From Eledone cirrhosa (lineage: Eukaryota): a stretch of DNA of 64,000 nucleotides. Below the pieces are notes generated by a model. That model had not been told where the DNA came from, ran no database searches, and saw only the letters and a list, made by a program, of their open reading frames with translations. Below are positions 14,001 through 28,910 of the stretch, piece after piece (position 1 is the first letter of the stretch; the number at the start of each line of letters is the position of its first letter). A program made the translations under genes and the position numbers. The DNA lies in contig OZ024742.1 of assembly GCA_964016885.1 (NCBI GenBank), positions 73,656,001 to 73,720,000 on the forward strand, given 5' to 3'.

Positions 14001-17000
14001 AGTCCTTCAAGATGTGTATGTCGAAAAAGAAGACGATTTAGAGATGTATGACATAGATAATAACTGGAATTTCTTACGTGACAACTTACTGCAAGCTACT
14101 GATGAAACTTGTGGCTGGAGCAAAGCTCCACCAAACGGAGAGTGACCTGGTGGTGGAACAGCACAGTAGATAAAGCCATTAGAGACCAAAGACTAGCATG
14201 GAAGGCTTGGAAAAAGAGTGGGAGTAGAGAAGAATATACAGCCACTAAGAGAGAAGCTAGACATGAGGTGTACTTAGCACGCAGGGAGGCTGAGAGTAGG
14301 AGGTTTGCCAATGTTCTGCTATGGGAAGATCAGAGGCGTGCAGTGTTCCGCATTGCAAGGCAGTGTGTCAATGCAAATCAGGATGTTGTTGGAGATAAAT
14401 GTGTCCGGAATGATGCCAGTGTACTTAGTGTTATGAATGATCAGAAAAAGGAGACCTGGAAATGTCATTATGAGAGACTGATGAATGTGGAGAACGAATG
14501 GGAGAGAGAAATTACACTCAGTAGATCCGACAGAGGGACCAGCTATTGAGATTGACGAATATAGAGTCCAAGAGGCGATTAAGGAAATGAAAAATGGTAA
14601 GGTTGCTGGACCGTCGGGGATAGTTGCTGAGATGCTGAAGTCATCAGGGGACGTAGGCACTAAACTGGTTGCATGCATCATCAATCAGGCTATATATGGT
14701 GGTGTCATACCCAAAGACTGGTGCAGCAGTATTCTCATAAATTGCTACAAAGGTAAAGGGGATGCTCTGGAGAGGAGCAATTATAGGGGTATAAAACAGA
14801 TGGATCAGGTTATGAAAGTGGCAGAAAGGATATTAGCACAACTAATTAGAGAAAGGGTCAAACTAGATGAGATGCAGTTTGGTTTTGTGCCTGGGAAAAG
14901 TACAACAGATGCCCTCTTCTTGGTGAGACAATTGCAAGAGAGGTTCTTAGAGAAGAATAAGCCACTATACTTAGCCTTTGTTGACCTACAGAAGGCCTTT
15001 GATAGGGTACCCCGATCTGTCATCTGGTGGTCCCTAAGGTAACTAGGTGTTAAGGAATGGCTTGTGAGGACAGTGCAAGCTTTGTACAGAGGTGCTGTCA
15101 GTAAAGTCAGGGTAGGAATGGAGTTTAGTGAGGAATTCCAGATACAAGTAGGAGTACATCAAGGTTCGGTCCTCAGCCCGCTCTTGTTCATTATAGTCCT
15201 CCAAGCCATAACAGAGGAGTTTAAGACTGGCTGTCCATGGGAACTTCTCTATGCTGACGATCTGGTTCTTATAGCAGAATCAGTAGAGGAGCTAGAGAAT
15301 AAATTCTGGCTATGGAAATAGGAGTTGGAAGCAAGAGGACTAAGAGTGAACCTAGCTAAGACAAAAGTGTTGATGAGTAGAAAAGAGGACAAAACTCTGA
15401 TTCCGTCAGGGAAATGGCCATGTTCGATATGCAGAAAAGGAACTGGCAAAAATTCTATAAAATGCACACAATGCAGATCCTGGGTGCACAAGAGATGTAG
15501 TGGGATAGCAGGCGAACTAACAGGTAGGGAGAAATACGTATGCAGTAGATGTACAGGTAAAAGTCGCATTGATAGACACATTTTTCAAATGCAGGCAGGT
15601 ACTATAGAAGTGGTGGATAGTTTCCGGCAACTAGGAGATCAGATTAGCATGGGAGGTGGGGTGTTCCGAGGCCATAGTATCTAGAATAAGGACAGGTTGG
15701 AAGAAGTTTAGGGAGCTGCTGACGAAGAAGGGTTTCTCCCTGTGTACGAAAGGCCAGTTATATGATGCCTGTGTGAGGAGCGCGATGCTGCATGGTAGTG
15801 AGACATGGGCAGCAACTACAGAGGATGTGCGATGGCTGGAGAGAAATGAGGCAAGCATGCTCTGTTGGATATGCGTGAACGACCCAGCATGAATGTGTTG
15901 AGAGAGGAGACTGAGGTGGTATGGACATGTGATGCGCATGGAGGATGACCGATGGGTGAAGAAGTGCCAGGAAATGCCAGTTGAAGGAAGACGTGGTAGA
16001 GGTAGACCAAGAAAAACATGGGCGGAGGTGGTGAGAACAGACCTCAGATCGCTAAAGCTCACGGTAGAGATGACGAAGGACCGTGACAAGTGGAGAGATG
16101 CTGTGCTGAATAAGACCCATCCCACCCTTGCAAGCAGGGAAAAGCGGACGTAAAATGATGATGAAAGTAGATCCATCATTATTCTTTAACTAATCCATTA
16201 ACAGTGTGTAGATCAAGGGGAGATAATCTATCACACACACACGGAAGTATTTGTTTTGTTACATAGTACTATTGTACAATAGATAAATGAGTATTCCATG
16301 CTTACTTTAAACACTGACTTTGACATGATATACAAAGACATCGTTTAGGGAATTATTATTTGTTTGGGCACACATTTAAAACAAAAAAATAAAACGTCCC
16401 TCCATAAAGTAGATTATAATAATAACAATAATTTATTGAAATTGTGTTTTTGTTTTTGAAGGTATACGAAACAATACAGAATTATGGTGGCATCAGAGGT
16501 CCACCTCCAAACAGTATGGGTCCAACAGCTCCTGGTGCCATGCCACCCATGAGCATGTAAGTATAAATTGTCTTTGATCATTTTTCCATGTACTTGTAAA
16601 TGTGAACAAATGTGATGAGGTACACAGCAAAATCTCTATGCACACTTTAACACTGTAGTTGTCTGGCTTCCTCAGGTATATTTAGACACTGAAAACAGCA
16701 GATGGTTGTGTCAATTTAACACTGCAGTTGTATTGGACTCTGAAAACAACAGATAGTTGTGTCAGCCTATGGTCACCTGAAGTGAACTGTCTCTTTTAAT
16801 TACTCTGGCTTTGAGTAGGGGGAAAAACAAACCACAAAGTCCCTAATATGAGGTTAGGTGTTATCAAGTGCATTGAATGTCATTCGTGTCCCTTAGTTAA
16901 TGTGTATTCCCCTGAGTAAGGACTCAGTATTTTGCTGTATGTGTAACATTTCAGTTGATACTGTTAGTTGTTCATCGGTTCTGACGATGAGTGTACCAGT

Positions 17001-20000
17001 TGATTCAGTCAACAAAACAGCCTGCTTGTGAAATTAATGTGCAGGTGGCTGAGCATTCCACAGTCATGTGTACCCTTACTGAAATTCTCAGGTGTGACAC
17101 AGTGTTTGACAAGGCCGGACCTTTGAATTATACGCACCGAAGGAACATGGTATAAAGTGTCTTGCTCAAAGATACAATGCATGGCCAGGATTTGAACTCA
17201 CCTTGTGATTGTGAGAGCACTCTCATCACTAAACCATGCTAGGATAGTCTCTAACTCTAAATTATTCCCTATTTCAATAATAACATGGAAACTTATGTTT
17301 GGTTCCTAATTATCATTGGGATATCAATAGAGATAATGTCTTATCATTCAAATTAACTTCAGTTTTTAAATGAAATTTAGAATACTATTTTCTTATGATT
17401 TCCATTTCTATTAAGCTCTGTCTACATTCATGCAATATCATCATCACCAGGAGAAAAAATATTTTTTTTAAATAGACATCTTTTAAATATTAAAATGATG
17501 TGAGTGAAAAGTGTTGTGAAAGATGTTGAGATTATTTAAAGTTTGGCAATAGAATATGGTGATGCCCACCTATCTTCTTAACCTTGTATCTTTACAATTA
17601 AATTTCATCTCCCTTTCTTTTCAAGAATTATTCATATCCTCTACTAAATGCTTTAGAAAAACAGATAAGTCGCTTCCGGCTTAAAGCCAGAATTAAAATC
17701 TTCCTATTGGAAAAACGTGAATACCACACCTATAAGGACTTGGATTGTAAACATAATCTGTCACTTCGTTTAATCCAACTCCCTAGTCATCAGGTGCCTT
17801 AAACAATTCCACTCTAGCAAGTATTTGGATTGACTTAATTCCTGTTAAAATATTATTGGTACTGTCCTTCACCTTGACCCAGTAGTATAGGTGAGGTTGG
17901 GGGCAACAGTAAGATAAATGTGTTTTAAAACCTCATTCATTATGGAGTTACCTTTAATCCTTTCATTATCATATTTCTAGTGAAATATGCTGCAAATGAT
18001 TTTTTAATAATTTTGAAAATAATCTATAATCTGGAAGGATTTAGCAATATAACTAACTTTCTCATTATTTATGTTGACACAAGTTTTTACATAGAATTAT
18101 GAGAGATTTTTAGATACATATACATAAAGAATGCTCATGAAATATGTTCTATCAAATGCTTCAATGGTTCCCTAGAAGTAGTGGACATCTTCTGCTACCT
18201 GGGTGACTTAATTAGCAATACCACTTAGGCTCTCATCTCTTTGTTAGGCTAGATACTCATGGAGGCACATGGCTTAGTGGTTAGAGCATTGGCCTTGCAA
18301 TCGAAAGGTTGTGAGTTCAATTCTCAGACCGGGTGATGTGTTGTTTCCTTGAGCAAGACACTTTATTTCACATTGCTCCAGTTTACTCAGCTGTAGAAAT
18401 GAGATGATAGGGACTTGGGTCCCTATCATTCCACTGCAAAGTGGTTGTGGAGGTGCCACGGCAAAAAAAGCACCCAGCACTCACTGTAAATGAGGTTGGT
18501 GTTAGGAAGGGCATCCAGCTGTAGAAATCAAGCCAGAATCAGTTCCCGTCCCACCCTTGCAAGCAGGGAAAAGTGGACGTAAAATGAAATGATGATGATG
18601 ATGATGATGACTCAATGCTAGCCCTAGTGCTGGTTCCACAATAAAATGCACTCAGTACACACTAATATTGTAGTACTGGTGCAATGATAAAATTCACCAA
18701 GTACACTCTATAAAGTGGAAATGCTGGTGGCCATGATGAAATGCACCCAACCCACTTTATAAAGTGGTTGGCATTAAGAAGGGTATTCAGCTGTTAAAAC
18801 TATGCCAAAATAGAATGTATGAGCAAGCTGTGGTCCTCTGACTTGTCAAGTATTAATGTGACAACCCATTCCATCCATGGCAGCATGGAAAATGGACATA
18901 AATCAATGGTGATAAACACTTGGAAAGAATCAGCTTTGTATCATAGAACGAAGAGCAGTTTTATATGGCTAAGAGTCAAGAGTTCAGGCAACACAGTTGC
19001 CTTTATTCTTGTATTGTATTAAAATTCTTTCAGGATTTTATGTAGGGTTTCTAATATACTATAATAATAATCACTTTTATTTCCTCAGGCCTGGTGGACA
19101 AGGAAATAGACCATGGCCCCCAACATCTTCATCAGTAAGTTTTATTTTTTGTCACTTCTCTCTGGCTGATCTTCAGTTATTTAATAATTAATTAATATCT
19201 ATGTTTGACTAATTTACATGGACTAATTAAAACAACAGAACTAATGAAATAATGGACAGTGTGTCTTCTGTATAGCTGTACTGATGTAAACTTGGTATAT
19301 AGCTGTACTGATATATACAGCTAGATGTATAGCTGTACTGATGTAAACAACTTGGTACATAGCTGTACTGATGTATGCAACCTGGTATATAACTGTACTG
19401 ATGTATACAGCCTGGTATTTAGCTGTACTGATATATACAGTCAGTTGTATAGCTGTACTGATGTATATAGCCTGGTATTTAGCTGTACTGATGTATACAG
19501 CCAGTTCTATAGCTATACTGATTTATACAGCTTGGTATATAGCTGTACTGATGTATACAGCCTGTTACAAGGCTTCCACATATAACACACTGTTATAGGA
19601 CTGTCAGGTTTAACACAGTGTTATAGGATTGTCAGGTGTAACACAGTATTACATGATTGTCAGGTGTAACACAGTGTTATAGGACTGTCAGGTGTAACAC
19701 AGTTTTACAGGACATTACAGAGATGCAACATTATCACTTAGTTTACAAAATGTTGAATTGTTTGTTAATTCTGAAATATGGATTTCATGTTAATTACTTT
19801 ACAGTTACAAAATTATTTTATTATGTGTTAACTGTGTACCATGGCTATGTTAACCAGAGTTTAGTTACGTGTGTTAACTGTATGGTTTGTGTTAACTCTA
19901 ATGGCCTGATAGCAAATGTTAACTAATTGTTCTATTATGACAAAGTGATTTATAGGAAACTTCAATGTTGTATTTGATAATATTGTTACTTAATAAGCTG

Positions 20001-23000
20001 TGTCATTGGCTTCCCTTTGTTAATTTCATTATTCTTTCTTTACCTTTCCAGATAAATTATTCATCAGCATCACCTGGTAGTTATAATGTAAGTCTACTGT
20101 ACAATTTACTGTATAGATTACTATGTAGTTTTTCTTTTTTTAACATGTCATGTTTCTTCTCGCCTACAATTCTCTATAGATATTAGGGTGTGTGAAACAA
20201 TGGTCACTCAATCAATTTTATATTATTGGCAAAATCATTTATAAAATTTAAAAACTGTAGAGTCAGTTTGTATGATGCATATGTACAAGCAAAGGGTAGA
20301 TTGTATGTTGTCTGTGTATGAAATGCTATGTTGCATGGCAATGGGATGTGATCAGTGAATGTAGAAGTTATGCAAAGGTTAGAAAGAAATGAATCAAGCA
20401 TGCTTTCTTGGTTTTGTAATGTCAGTGTGCATAAATGATAAAGCACAGATGAATTGATAGAAAAACAGGCTATAAGAGGAATCAGATGTAGTGTGGAAGA
20501 GAGATGGTTACATTGGTATGGTATGGACACAATACACATGGATGATAATTGATGGGTGAATTTTTGCTGGGATTTTCGAATGGAAGACATATGTTGCAGA
20601 GGTAGGCTGAGGGAAATAGGGGCAGAGGTGCCATAAGCTGATTTCAGAATGCTGGGGCCTCACAAAGTAAATGACTGAAGGGATGCTGTATTGGGGAAAA
20701 CTCGTCTAACTCAAGCAATCATGTGGGTGGAGGTTGGGGGGCAGGTGTAACAATGATGATGATAATGATTGTGTAAGGCCTCTCATTTCTTTTGAGCAAC
20801 TGTATGTGCAGTCTCACTGTTGTCAGTCATTGCCTGGAGTTATGATGAAGGTGAGATAATTGACTAGACCCTTAATAACCTAATCTTTGTAGGAAGGGTT
20901 GAAACTGGTTCTTCAGTTTCATTCCTGTAGCTATTGTTGTGTGGTCCCCATTAAACAGGGAGAATCAGATATATTCTGATACCAATGTTCTGAACACCTA
21001 CAATGATGATCAATCTAAAGTGAAATTATTTAAAATTATAACCAAAAATATTCTGCTGTTTGTCTCTGTTAAAATTAAGTTAGATATGCTGAAAGAAGCA
21101 GAAGATCAATATGTACTTATTTAGCTACTGATCAACCTTGACTTAACAGAATTTATTATCAAAGCCATTCCAACTATGTCTAGCTATCTTTATTTCAGGC
21201 ATGGCCTATCTCAGACTATATTATCCATGTCACTTCCTCTTTCAGGCACGGTCTACCTGGGGCTATATTATCCATGACCCATCTGAGACTATATTATCAA
21301 TGGTCTATGTCAGACTATATTATCCATAGTCTATCTGGGACTATATTTATTATTCATGGCCTATCTCAAACTATAATATCCATGCCACTTCCTTTTCAAG
21401 ATGGTAGGGTATAATTTAAAAAAAACAAGCTGCTGTTTCTAGCAGGTTGAGATCTCATGTAGAAGCTTCTTTGGCTTGAAAATCAATGTGTTTAGTTTCT
21501 GTCAATATTTGTGAATGGTATAACAATATCTGAAAAGGTTTGAAATAATTGTTATTGTTGTTTAAATTAAAATTAAATATTTTCTGCCTTTTTATAGGGT
21601 CCACCTGCTACAGGAGGGGCTCCAGGAACGCCGATTATGCCAAGTCCACAAGGTAGGAACAACATTTTTCACTGACACTGTTATTATTATTTTTAATATC
21701 TTCATATCTTCTTCCTCTGTGTCATCAAAGGTGCAGTGAATACTGAGATGACAGTGCTGAACTGTTGGTCACAAATTCTAACCTTAATACTTACCAGCTG
21801 TTCTGTCATACTGCTGAGTAAGAGATATGTATGTCTATCATGCTGTTGGTGACAGGAAGAAGCACCCAGTCCACCCTATAAGGTGATCTTGGTGGTGACA
21901 TGACAAACAAGCAACCAGTCCACTGTTAGATGGAGTACAAAAAGTACTCAGTTCATACTTGGTGTTACGGAGGGCATCCAGCCATATAAACCAAGCCAAA
22001 ATACAGATTTGTATGAGCAGGACATGGTCACCTGACTTGAATTGTCTCATAATGTGACAAGCTGTTTAACCCATGCAAGTGTGGAAAAATAGACATTAAA
22101 CGGTGATGATATATATACATACTTCAGTCTGACTGACTGACAATAGCTCCGATTTCCACACCAAGTATTCTCCAACAGAAGTTATTGGAAGAATGGATGT
22201 GTAAAGAAAAAAACATTTTGTCTCTAAACAATAAAATAATAATCTTCTTCCTCTAATTTCTAGATTCTACGAGTTCTGGTGATGGCATGTATGGCATGAT
22301 GAAAGCTAGTATGCCAAATATGGCAGGGGTGAGTCAACTATGTTTACATATCAGTATTAGACTGTTCTTTAAGGGCTGTGCATGTAGTGTTCATAAATCT
22401 GCATCAAGCATGAACAGATTTTTAGGCATAATTAATTTAATTACTGTCTTGTCATCTCGTTAGTGTCTCAGTTTTGTAATTTCATATTTCGGGTTTGTTT
22501 CTTAGATAATAGGGGTTGGCTGTTAATGATATAACAGAAATTATAATTATTATTTTTATCATATATGGCAGCAGATAGCAGCATTGTTACAATATCTTGC
22601 ATTATTTGTTCCAGTTCTTTATGTCCTGAGATCAACTTCTGGAGTAAATACTGTGCAACATTTAATTATGTCACTTGACATTCTGAATTTAAGTACCACT
22701 GAGGTTAAATTTGTTTTCATCAACTTGCAGTTGATAAAATAGGTACCAGTTATGTACTGAAGTTAATTAAATCAATAACACTTTCCTACACATGTGACGA
22801 TATTAGAAACTTTTATTGTTATTTCTGTATTAATACAGAAGTAGATTGGTAGTAATCAGTAGAGCATCGGATAAAATGTGATGCAGTATTTAGTTATGAA
22901 GTTCTGCATTCTGAATTCAAACCCTGCCGAAGTCAACTTTGCCTTTCATCCTTCCAGGGTCAATAAAATAAAGCACCAACTAAGTACTAGGGGACAATAT

Positions 23001-26000
23001 AATCAACTTTCCTCTCCTGCAAAATTGCTGGCCTTGTGTTACTAATGTTAGAATTATTTCTAGAATAATATATTTCTTGTTATCAGAAGAAGTTTAGGTC
23101 TAATAATGAAACACTAGGGGTGCAGTTTAATATTTATGTTAAATAATGTATTGTTGGAATTAAGTAATTTATTGTAGTGCATGGAGATGATCAACATAGA
23201 ATGGTTTTAGCAGTAATTTTTGTCATAACTATTTCAAACATTGATTATTTCTATTATCCTTTTCTACAGTGTTTCTCTATTTCATTTACTTGGTTAAGCA
23301 GTTAGGGTGTAGAGAAGCTGGCCTTCAAACTTGGCTACATATGACATGAAGGGCTTTTACTTGCTTTGCTGTTAGCCCTACTTTGCTGTGGGTGGATTGG
23401 TATCAGGAAATTCTTCATTTTAGTCATGAAATACTTTCTTAAAATCAATGTTAGCATGAAAAACTGGATGTAAGATCATTAACAACATAGTTGTGTATGC
23501 ACACTCACACACACATACATTTAAAATTTTAATTAAAATATATTATTATACCACTGGGGTCAACTTTGCCTTTCATCCTTCCATGGTTGATAAAATAAGT
23601 AGCAATCCTATGTTGGGCAAGTCAATTCAATTGGCTGGACTGTTCCTTTGTTCTTTAAATGTTTGTGTTGTTTTGTCTTTAGTAAATGTTCCACATCTTG
23701 TGTCTAATTTTGCTACTCTGCCTTATGACTTCTACACTAACCAATCTGTTGTGAGCTATTAAAACATTATTGCTTGTTTATTAGAATTTCTAGATATTAT
23801 CTACATATTTATTAGCCTGCTTATTGTTACATCAGATTGAATGTTTATTATCATCATCCTCATCATCATCATCATCGTTGTTGTTGATTTGAAATCTGAG
23901 AATGTGCTGAGTTTATTAAACTGCTTTAATGTTCACAGTTGAACTGAAGTTTATCAAAACAATAACAAAATGTGTGCTGTTTGTCAATTGTCACCTATTT
24001 AATGTGACATTTCATTGAAAATGTCAAATTATAACAGAACAGTAACAACAACAACAATAATAATTAAACAATTTAATTTTATCAAAATAGTTTGTTTGCT
24101 GGAAGTTATCCATTATAAATCTTATTATTTAAAACATCTTGTATGATAAGCATTCATTAGCAATTTTGTTAATCCACTGCTAGTAATGCCTTAAAGTTCA
24201 AATAGCTTTGTGGAACTGTATAGAATTGATTGCAGCTCATCAATGAAAGCATGTCTTGATTGTGATATTAGTAAAGTACTAATATGTCTTCTTACCTTGC
24301 ATGATATCAGCTTTTACTTAATGGCTTTTCTTTATTCTTCCCTTTTATAAAATTATTTAGTCAATTATTTACATTTGATTTTATTCTGAATAGTGTCAGA
24401 GATGTTAATTGGACAAAATGTCTGTGTCCCTCATGGAGTTCAGTGTTATTTAGTTAATGAAGTGAATTACTTAAAAATACAAATGAAAACGCCAGTTCTG
24501 GAAAATAAATTTTGAAGATTGTGTTGTAATGGGAAAAAAAAAATTTTTTTTTGCGTGTTTTTGAACCATAAGTAACAACTTTTTTTTTGAGTTGAAAGAT
24601 AAAATATTACAAATGAAGTAACTATAAAGTTATTTTGACAAGTAAGTACAATCTTGTGGTTATTTTATGTCTTAAGATAACTGTTAAAAAGACAATTACT
24701 TGTATTATTTCCATACTTTTCTGAGTGTTTTGACTTTTGATGTCAGTTTAGGTGACTAAAAAGAAATCTTCCATTTTAATTTGTCTTTTAGTTTAGTCAT
24801 TCAAGATAGGGACTAATATCTTACTATCAACCATCAACCTAGTTTCATATTCCTTCAACAGTTATGGTAACTTAGAATTATCAATCTTTCTCTTCATTTT
24901 GGGCAAAAATATTTATTAATATCTTCTTGCAGCAGCAACAACTGTTTCACCTTCCTGCTACCACCCAGCTTAGATGTGTTGAAATAGTCATTATAATGTA
25001 TTTAATCTTTACTGATAAATGGATATCACTCATTTGAAGTTCTACACTTTTCTGTTAGTAGAATTCCAATATATTTTGTATCTTCATTTATCATCTCTAT
25101 CTTATAGGCAGTGTTATGATGAGCTGTAGTATCAACCCATAACTTGTTGATATTAACAATATTGATGGAAGATATAGAAGACTTGGCTTGGATGGATGGT
25201 GTTCATCACTATTTCAGTTGTTATAGAAAACAATTTAGTATCCTGCTGCTGCTGTGTACCCCCTTAATTTCAACATACACATTCTTTAACTGGTGTGTGT
25301 GCACACACCAATTGTTTTTTAATGACTGTCTTTGCTTTATTGCATTTTGGCTTTCCCCTGTTCCTGTGTGTGTGTGTGCTGTGCAGATATATTTTATCAA
25401 TTTTGACCAACTTCAATACTGATGGCTTCTAATCTTCCCTCTATTCCAACTGTCCTTAGAGTCTCTACAAACTAAACTCTCTCATTATTTGGGCCAGTTT
25501 CATTTTTCTTTGTTTTCTTTGTGCTCTATAGTTCTTCACATTCTTCAATCTGAAATGTAAAGACAGAATTTCCCTTATAATTCTCATTCCATCTTGTTCT
25601 TCAACATTTATAGTTCTCTATTTTTATTCAATATTTATTTCAAAGTTTTACAATCCACAATTCTTTCAAATATTTCACTATTTTTTTAAGATTAGTTTTT
25701 ATAATTTTTATTTTTTTATTTTTTTTTTATGTTAGTAAAATTTCAAGATTAAAATATATTTAAAGGAAAAAACAAACAAACCAGAGATTATTACAACTCA
25801 TCACCTTGCTTTGTTGTAAGGTCTCTATCATTTCAAAATTATTCAGTGTTTATCTTTTTTTATTACTCACTCTTTTGCATAAAAATACTTTCATGGACTT
25901 TTATCATTTGAAAGAAAAATATTAAGTATTTATCATAATGGATTTGGTATAACAAAGGTTGGCACTTTTTTTTTAATCTCTTCAGCCTTTTTCCCCTGGT

Positions 26001-28847
26001 TTAATAAGGTCCAACTTTTTCTCAGTTGCACATTCTCTTGTTCTGCCCATCCTTTGCTTTTCTGTATCGCAGTCACTTCTGACCTGCTTCCCTGTTTGTT
26101 GCCTTTGCTAGTTTCCACCGATGGGAGGACCAGACGGAGGAATGCCAATGGGAGCTGACATGCCTGCTGTGATGAACGGTAAGTGAAATATCCTAGCTAG
26201 CCAGGCCTGATCATGATACAGCAGCAACAGTAAGCTGTTGCTCATGGTGACCAACATATTTACCCTTTTTATAATGTCAACAATATTCTTCAAAGAAATG
26301 CATCTTTTTATTTATTTATTTTTTTTTATTTGTTTAATGGACTGTATTTTGTAACAGTGAATGTGCCATGCATTTATTTTACCCAATATCAAGATTGGTA
26401 GCATTATTTAATGAAATATTATTTCTTTGTCAGTCTTCTAACCTGAAAAACATGTCGCCCATTTATTTGTTAGTGGCAGGAAACAAATTCCATAAGTGAA
26501 CTTTCTATAAAATAGTAATAAGCTATGTATAATGAGTGTCCCAAGAAGGAATATCTACTTTTCAGTGAGGATACATGCTACAGAATGTCTATAAATTATT
26601 TACTATCCAAACTCTAACATGATTCTATTATATATTATAATTAGTTTTATTTATAAAAGCTGTATTCTTTTAAAGCTTAATGTTTAATAGAAAAAGATGT
26701 GTTGAGTATATCTTATCCTTGAAACTAAATCAAATTCAGAAGTCGGGTTTTTCATATATATATGTATATATGTATATTATGTTTTACACCTGGTAGTTAG
26801 GTTGTTGCTTTTATAGTTGTCTTGATCATCCTGTAAAAGGAGCTAGATATGTTAGTACAGCTAGTGTAGACTTAAGCCTAAGCTATGTGGTGTAGGGACA
26901 CAAAAACATAGCCCATTCTTTCTTATAAGTAAGAATTCAATAGATAATTAGTGGGATAAAGTATAGGAAGTATGATGTTCCAGCAAATTGAATTTTTCCT
27001 TCATTATTTGTTGACAAATAAATGATATAATCCATATGAGTAAAATTGTTATTGGTGAATATCTGGATACATTATCACAAATCCTCCACATTCCCATTCA
27101 TCTAATTTCTGATCTGTGTCAAAAGTATTTGTATTTCTACGGATTCTTATTGGATTATCTTTTTCTGATGGAAATATTTATTTTCCTTAATTGGGCTTGT
27201 GCTTTTACAGCTCTTTTCTTTATGAACCATTCCACTCCTCTTCATTGTTACCTTCACTTAAAAATCTCCTCCATTTCTACTGAAGTGAAAATTCTGCATA
27301 CATTCTTCAGGAGATACTCTTTTACTGTATTTCTATTTTCTTTTACGTAGCATGGGCGTCTTTCTCAAATCTTTTGTTTCCAGAAATTGTCTCCAGCATT
27401 TAATGGAATGCTGCATCATTTGATAAAATTTCCCAATATTTCACCAAAAAATCTAGGAACCAGTTTTGCAGCAACTAATGATTTGTGCCATAACTGCTTT
27501 ATGTTTTTAACTTCCACATCAGTACTGAAATCTCTTTTCCTCTATCACTCACTCACTAATGACAGCTAATTGATTGCTAATTAATATTTGCTGCTTTACT
27601 AATCATCAGCTGAATCTTTTGGTTGTTTTGTGTTAATTTTATTTAATTCTTTATTTCTTCCTTCTCTTTGTAGCCTGTTCATTGGTTGCTCTAGGCTGGA
27701 CACACATGTCATATGTCGTCGTCCTAGTTTGTCATTAAATATACCTATAATCTTTAACTTCTGTAGGACATCTAAAGTTTCACTGTGGCTTTTCTGTGAG
27801 GTTCTTTCATGATATTGAGATATCATCTTCAGGATTTCATGTGGCAATTAACAGAAGAGAAAACTCAACAACTTTGAATCAACTGTCAACTGAAATGTTT
27901 GTCTTGTCATTAAATATTGGGCAGGGCTACATATGGTTGAATAGACAGAGATACTAACACTAAATCAGTTTATTTCTGTTTTATTACATTCTTATACCAT
28001 GCATATATCGTGTGTGTGTGTGCGTGTGGTAGTATTAGGGGATTAAGTCTTTCCCCCAGTTATATTGTATAAGATATAAGTAATGATGCTGGATGCAAAA
28101 TGTTAACTAATATCCTAGTTCTGTTTTTAATTGGATTGAATTGCCTATGAAAATAAATTTTATAAATAGTTTATTTAAATTTCTGGAGAAAAATTTCTGA
28201 AGGCTTGAAATAATTTTTATTTGAAATCCTTAAATGATTATGAATATATTTAAAAATAATGTAGCCACTGATTGATAGGATTGATAGAAAAGAAAAAAAA
28301 CAAAACAAAGGAAGAGAAATATTTGTTGCTGTGATCTGTTAGTAATGTGGTTTCTATAAGTCAGTTGGATCAAACATTAGCATAATCAGCAACTAATTTG
28401 TCAATTTATCCTCACAGGCTTATTTTGTTGAGTTTTCAACTGTATCTATAGGGGTACCAGTAATTAATGGAGGTTAGTTAGTATTCTATATTCTTCATAA
28501 CAGCAGTAACCTCGTAAATCCATTCTTAATACTGATCAATGGCATTCGAAGGGAGATAACTTATAACTATCATTATCCTTTGTTATTCAAAATATTTCAA
28601 ATTCTGCACCAAAAACTAGGGATTGTAAGAAGTATATTAACATCAAGTAACTAAGTATTCTAATCATAATTACAATATTACCTAATTTGAGTTGTATCAG
28701 CTAAACAATCGATAGCATTACTGCGGAAACCTCCCCTTCATTGGGGCACTTTTGTTGGATCATATACAACCCCCCCCCCCCCTCTCCACTCACACATACA
28801 TTTGATACTTATAGTATCATGGGATTTTTAAAAATACAAAGGTAGTG

Positions 28848-28910
<63 letters not shown>

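Noticed and set aside
13133-16179. Minus-strand ORFs over the LINE
   Set aside because: Antisense shadows of the + strand RTE coding sequence with no recognisable motifs
18261-18335. tRNA-like sequence with A and B boxes (also at 62709, 8641 and 29711)
   Set aside because: Continues directly into SINE core domains and lacks a clean cloverleaf; these are SINE heads, not tRNA genes
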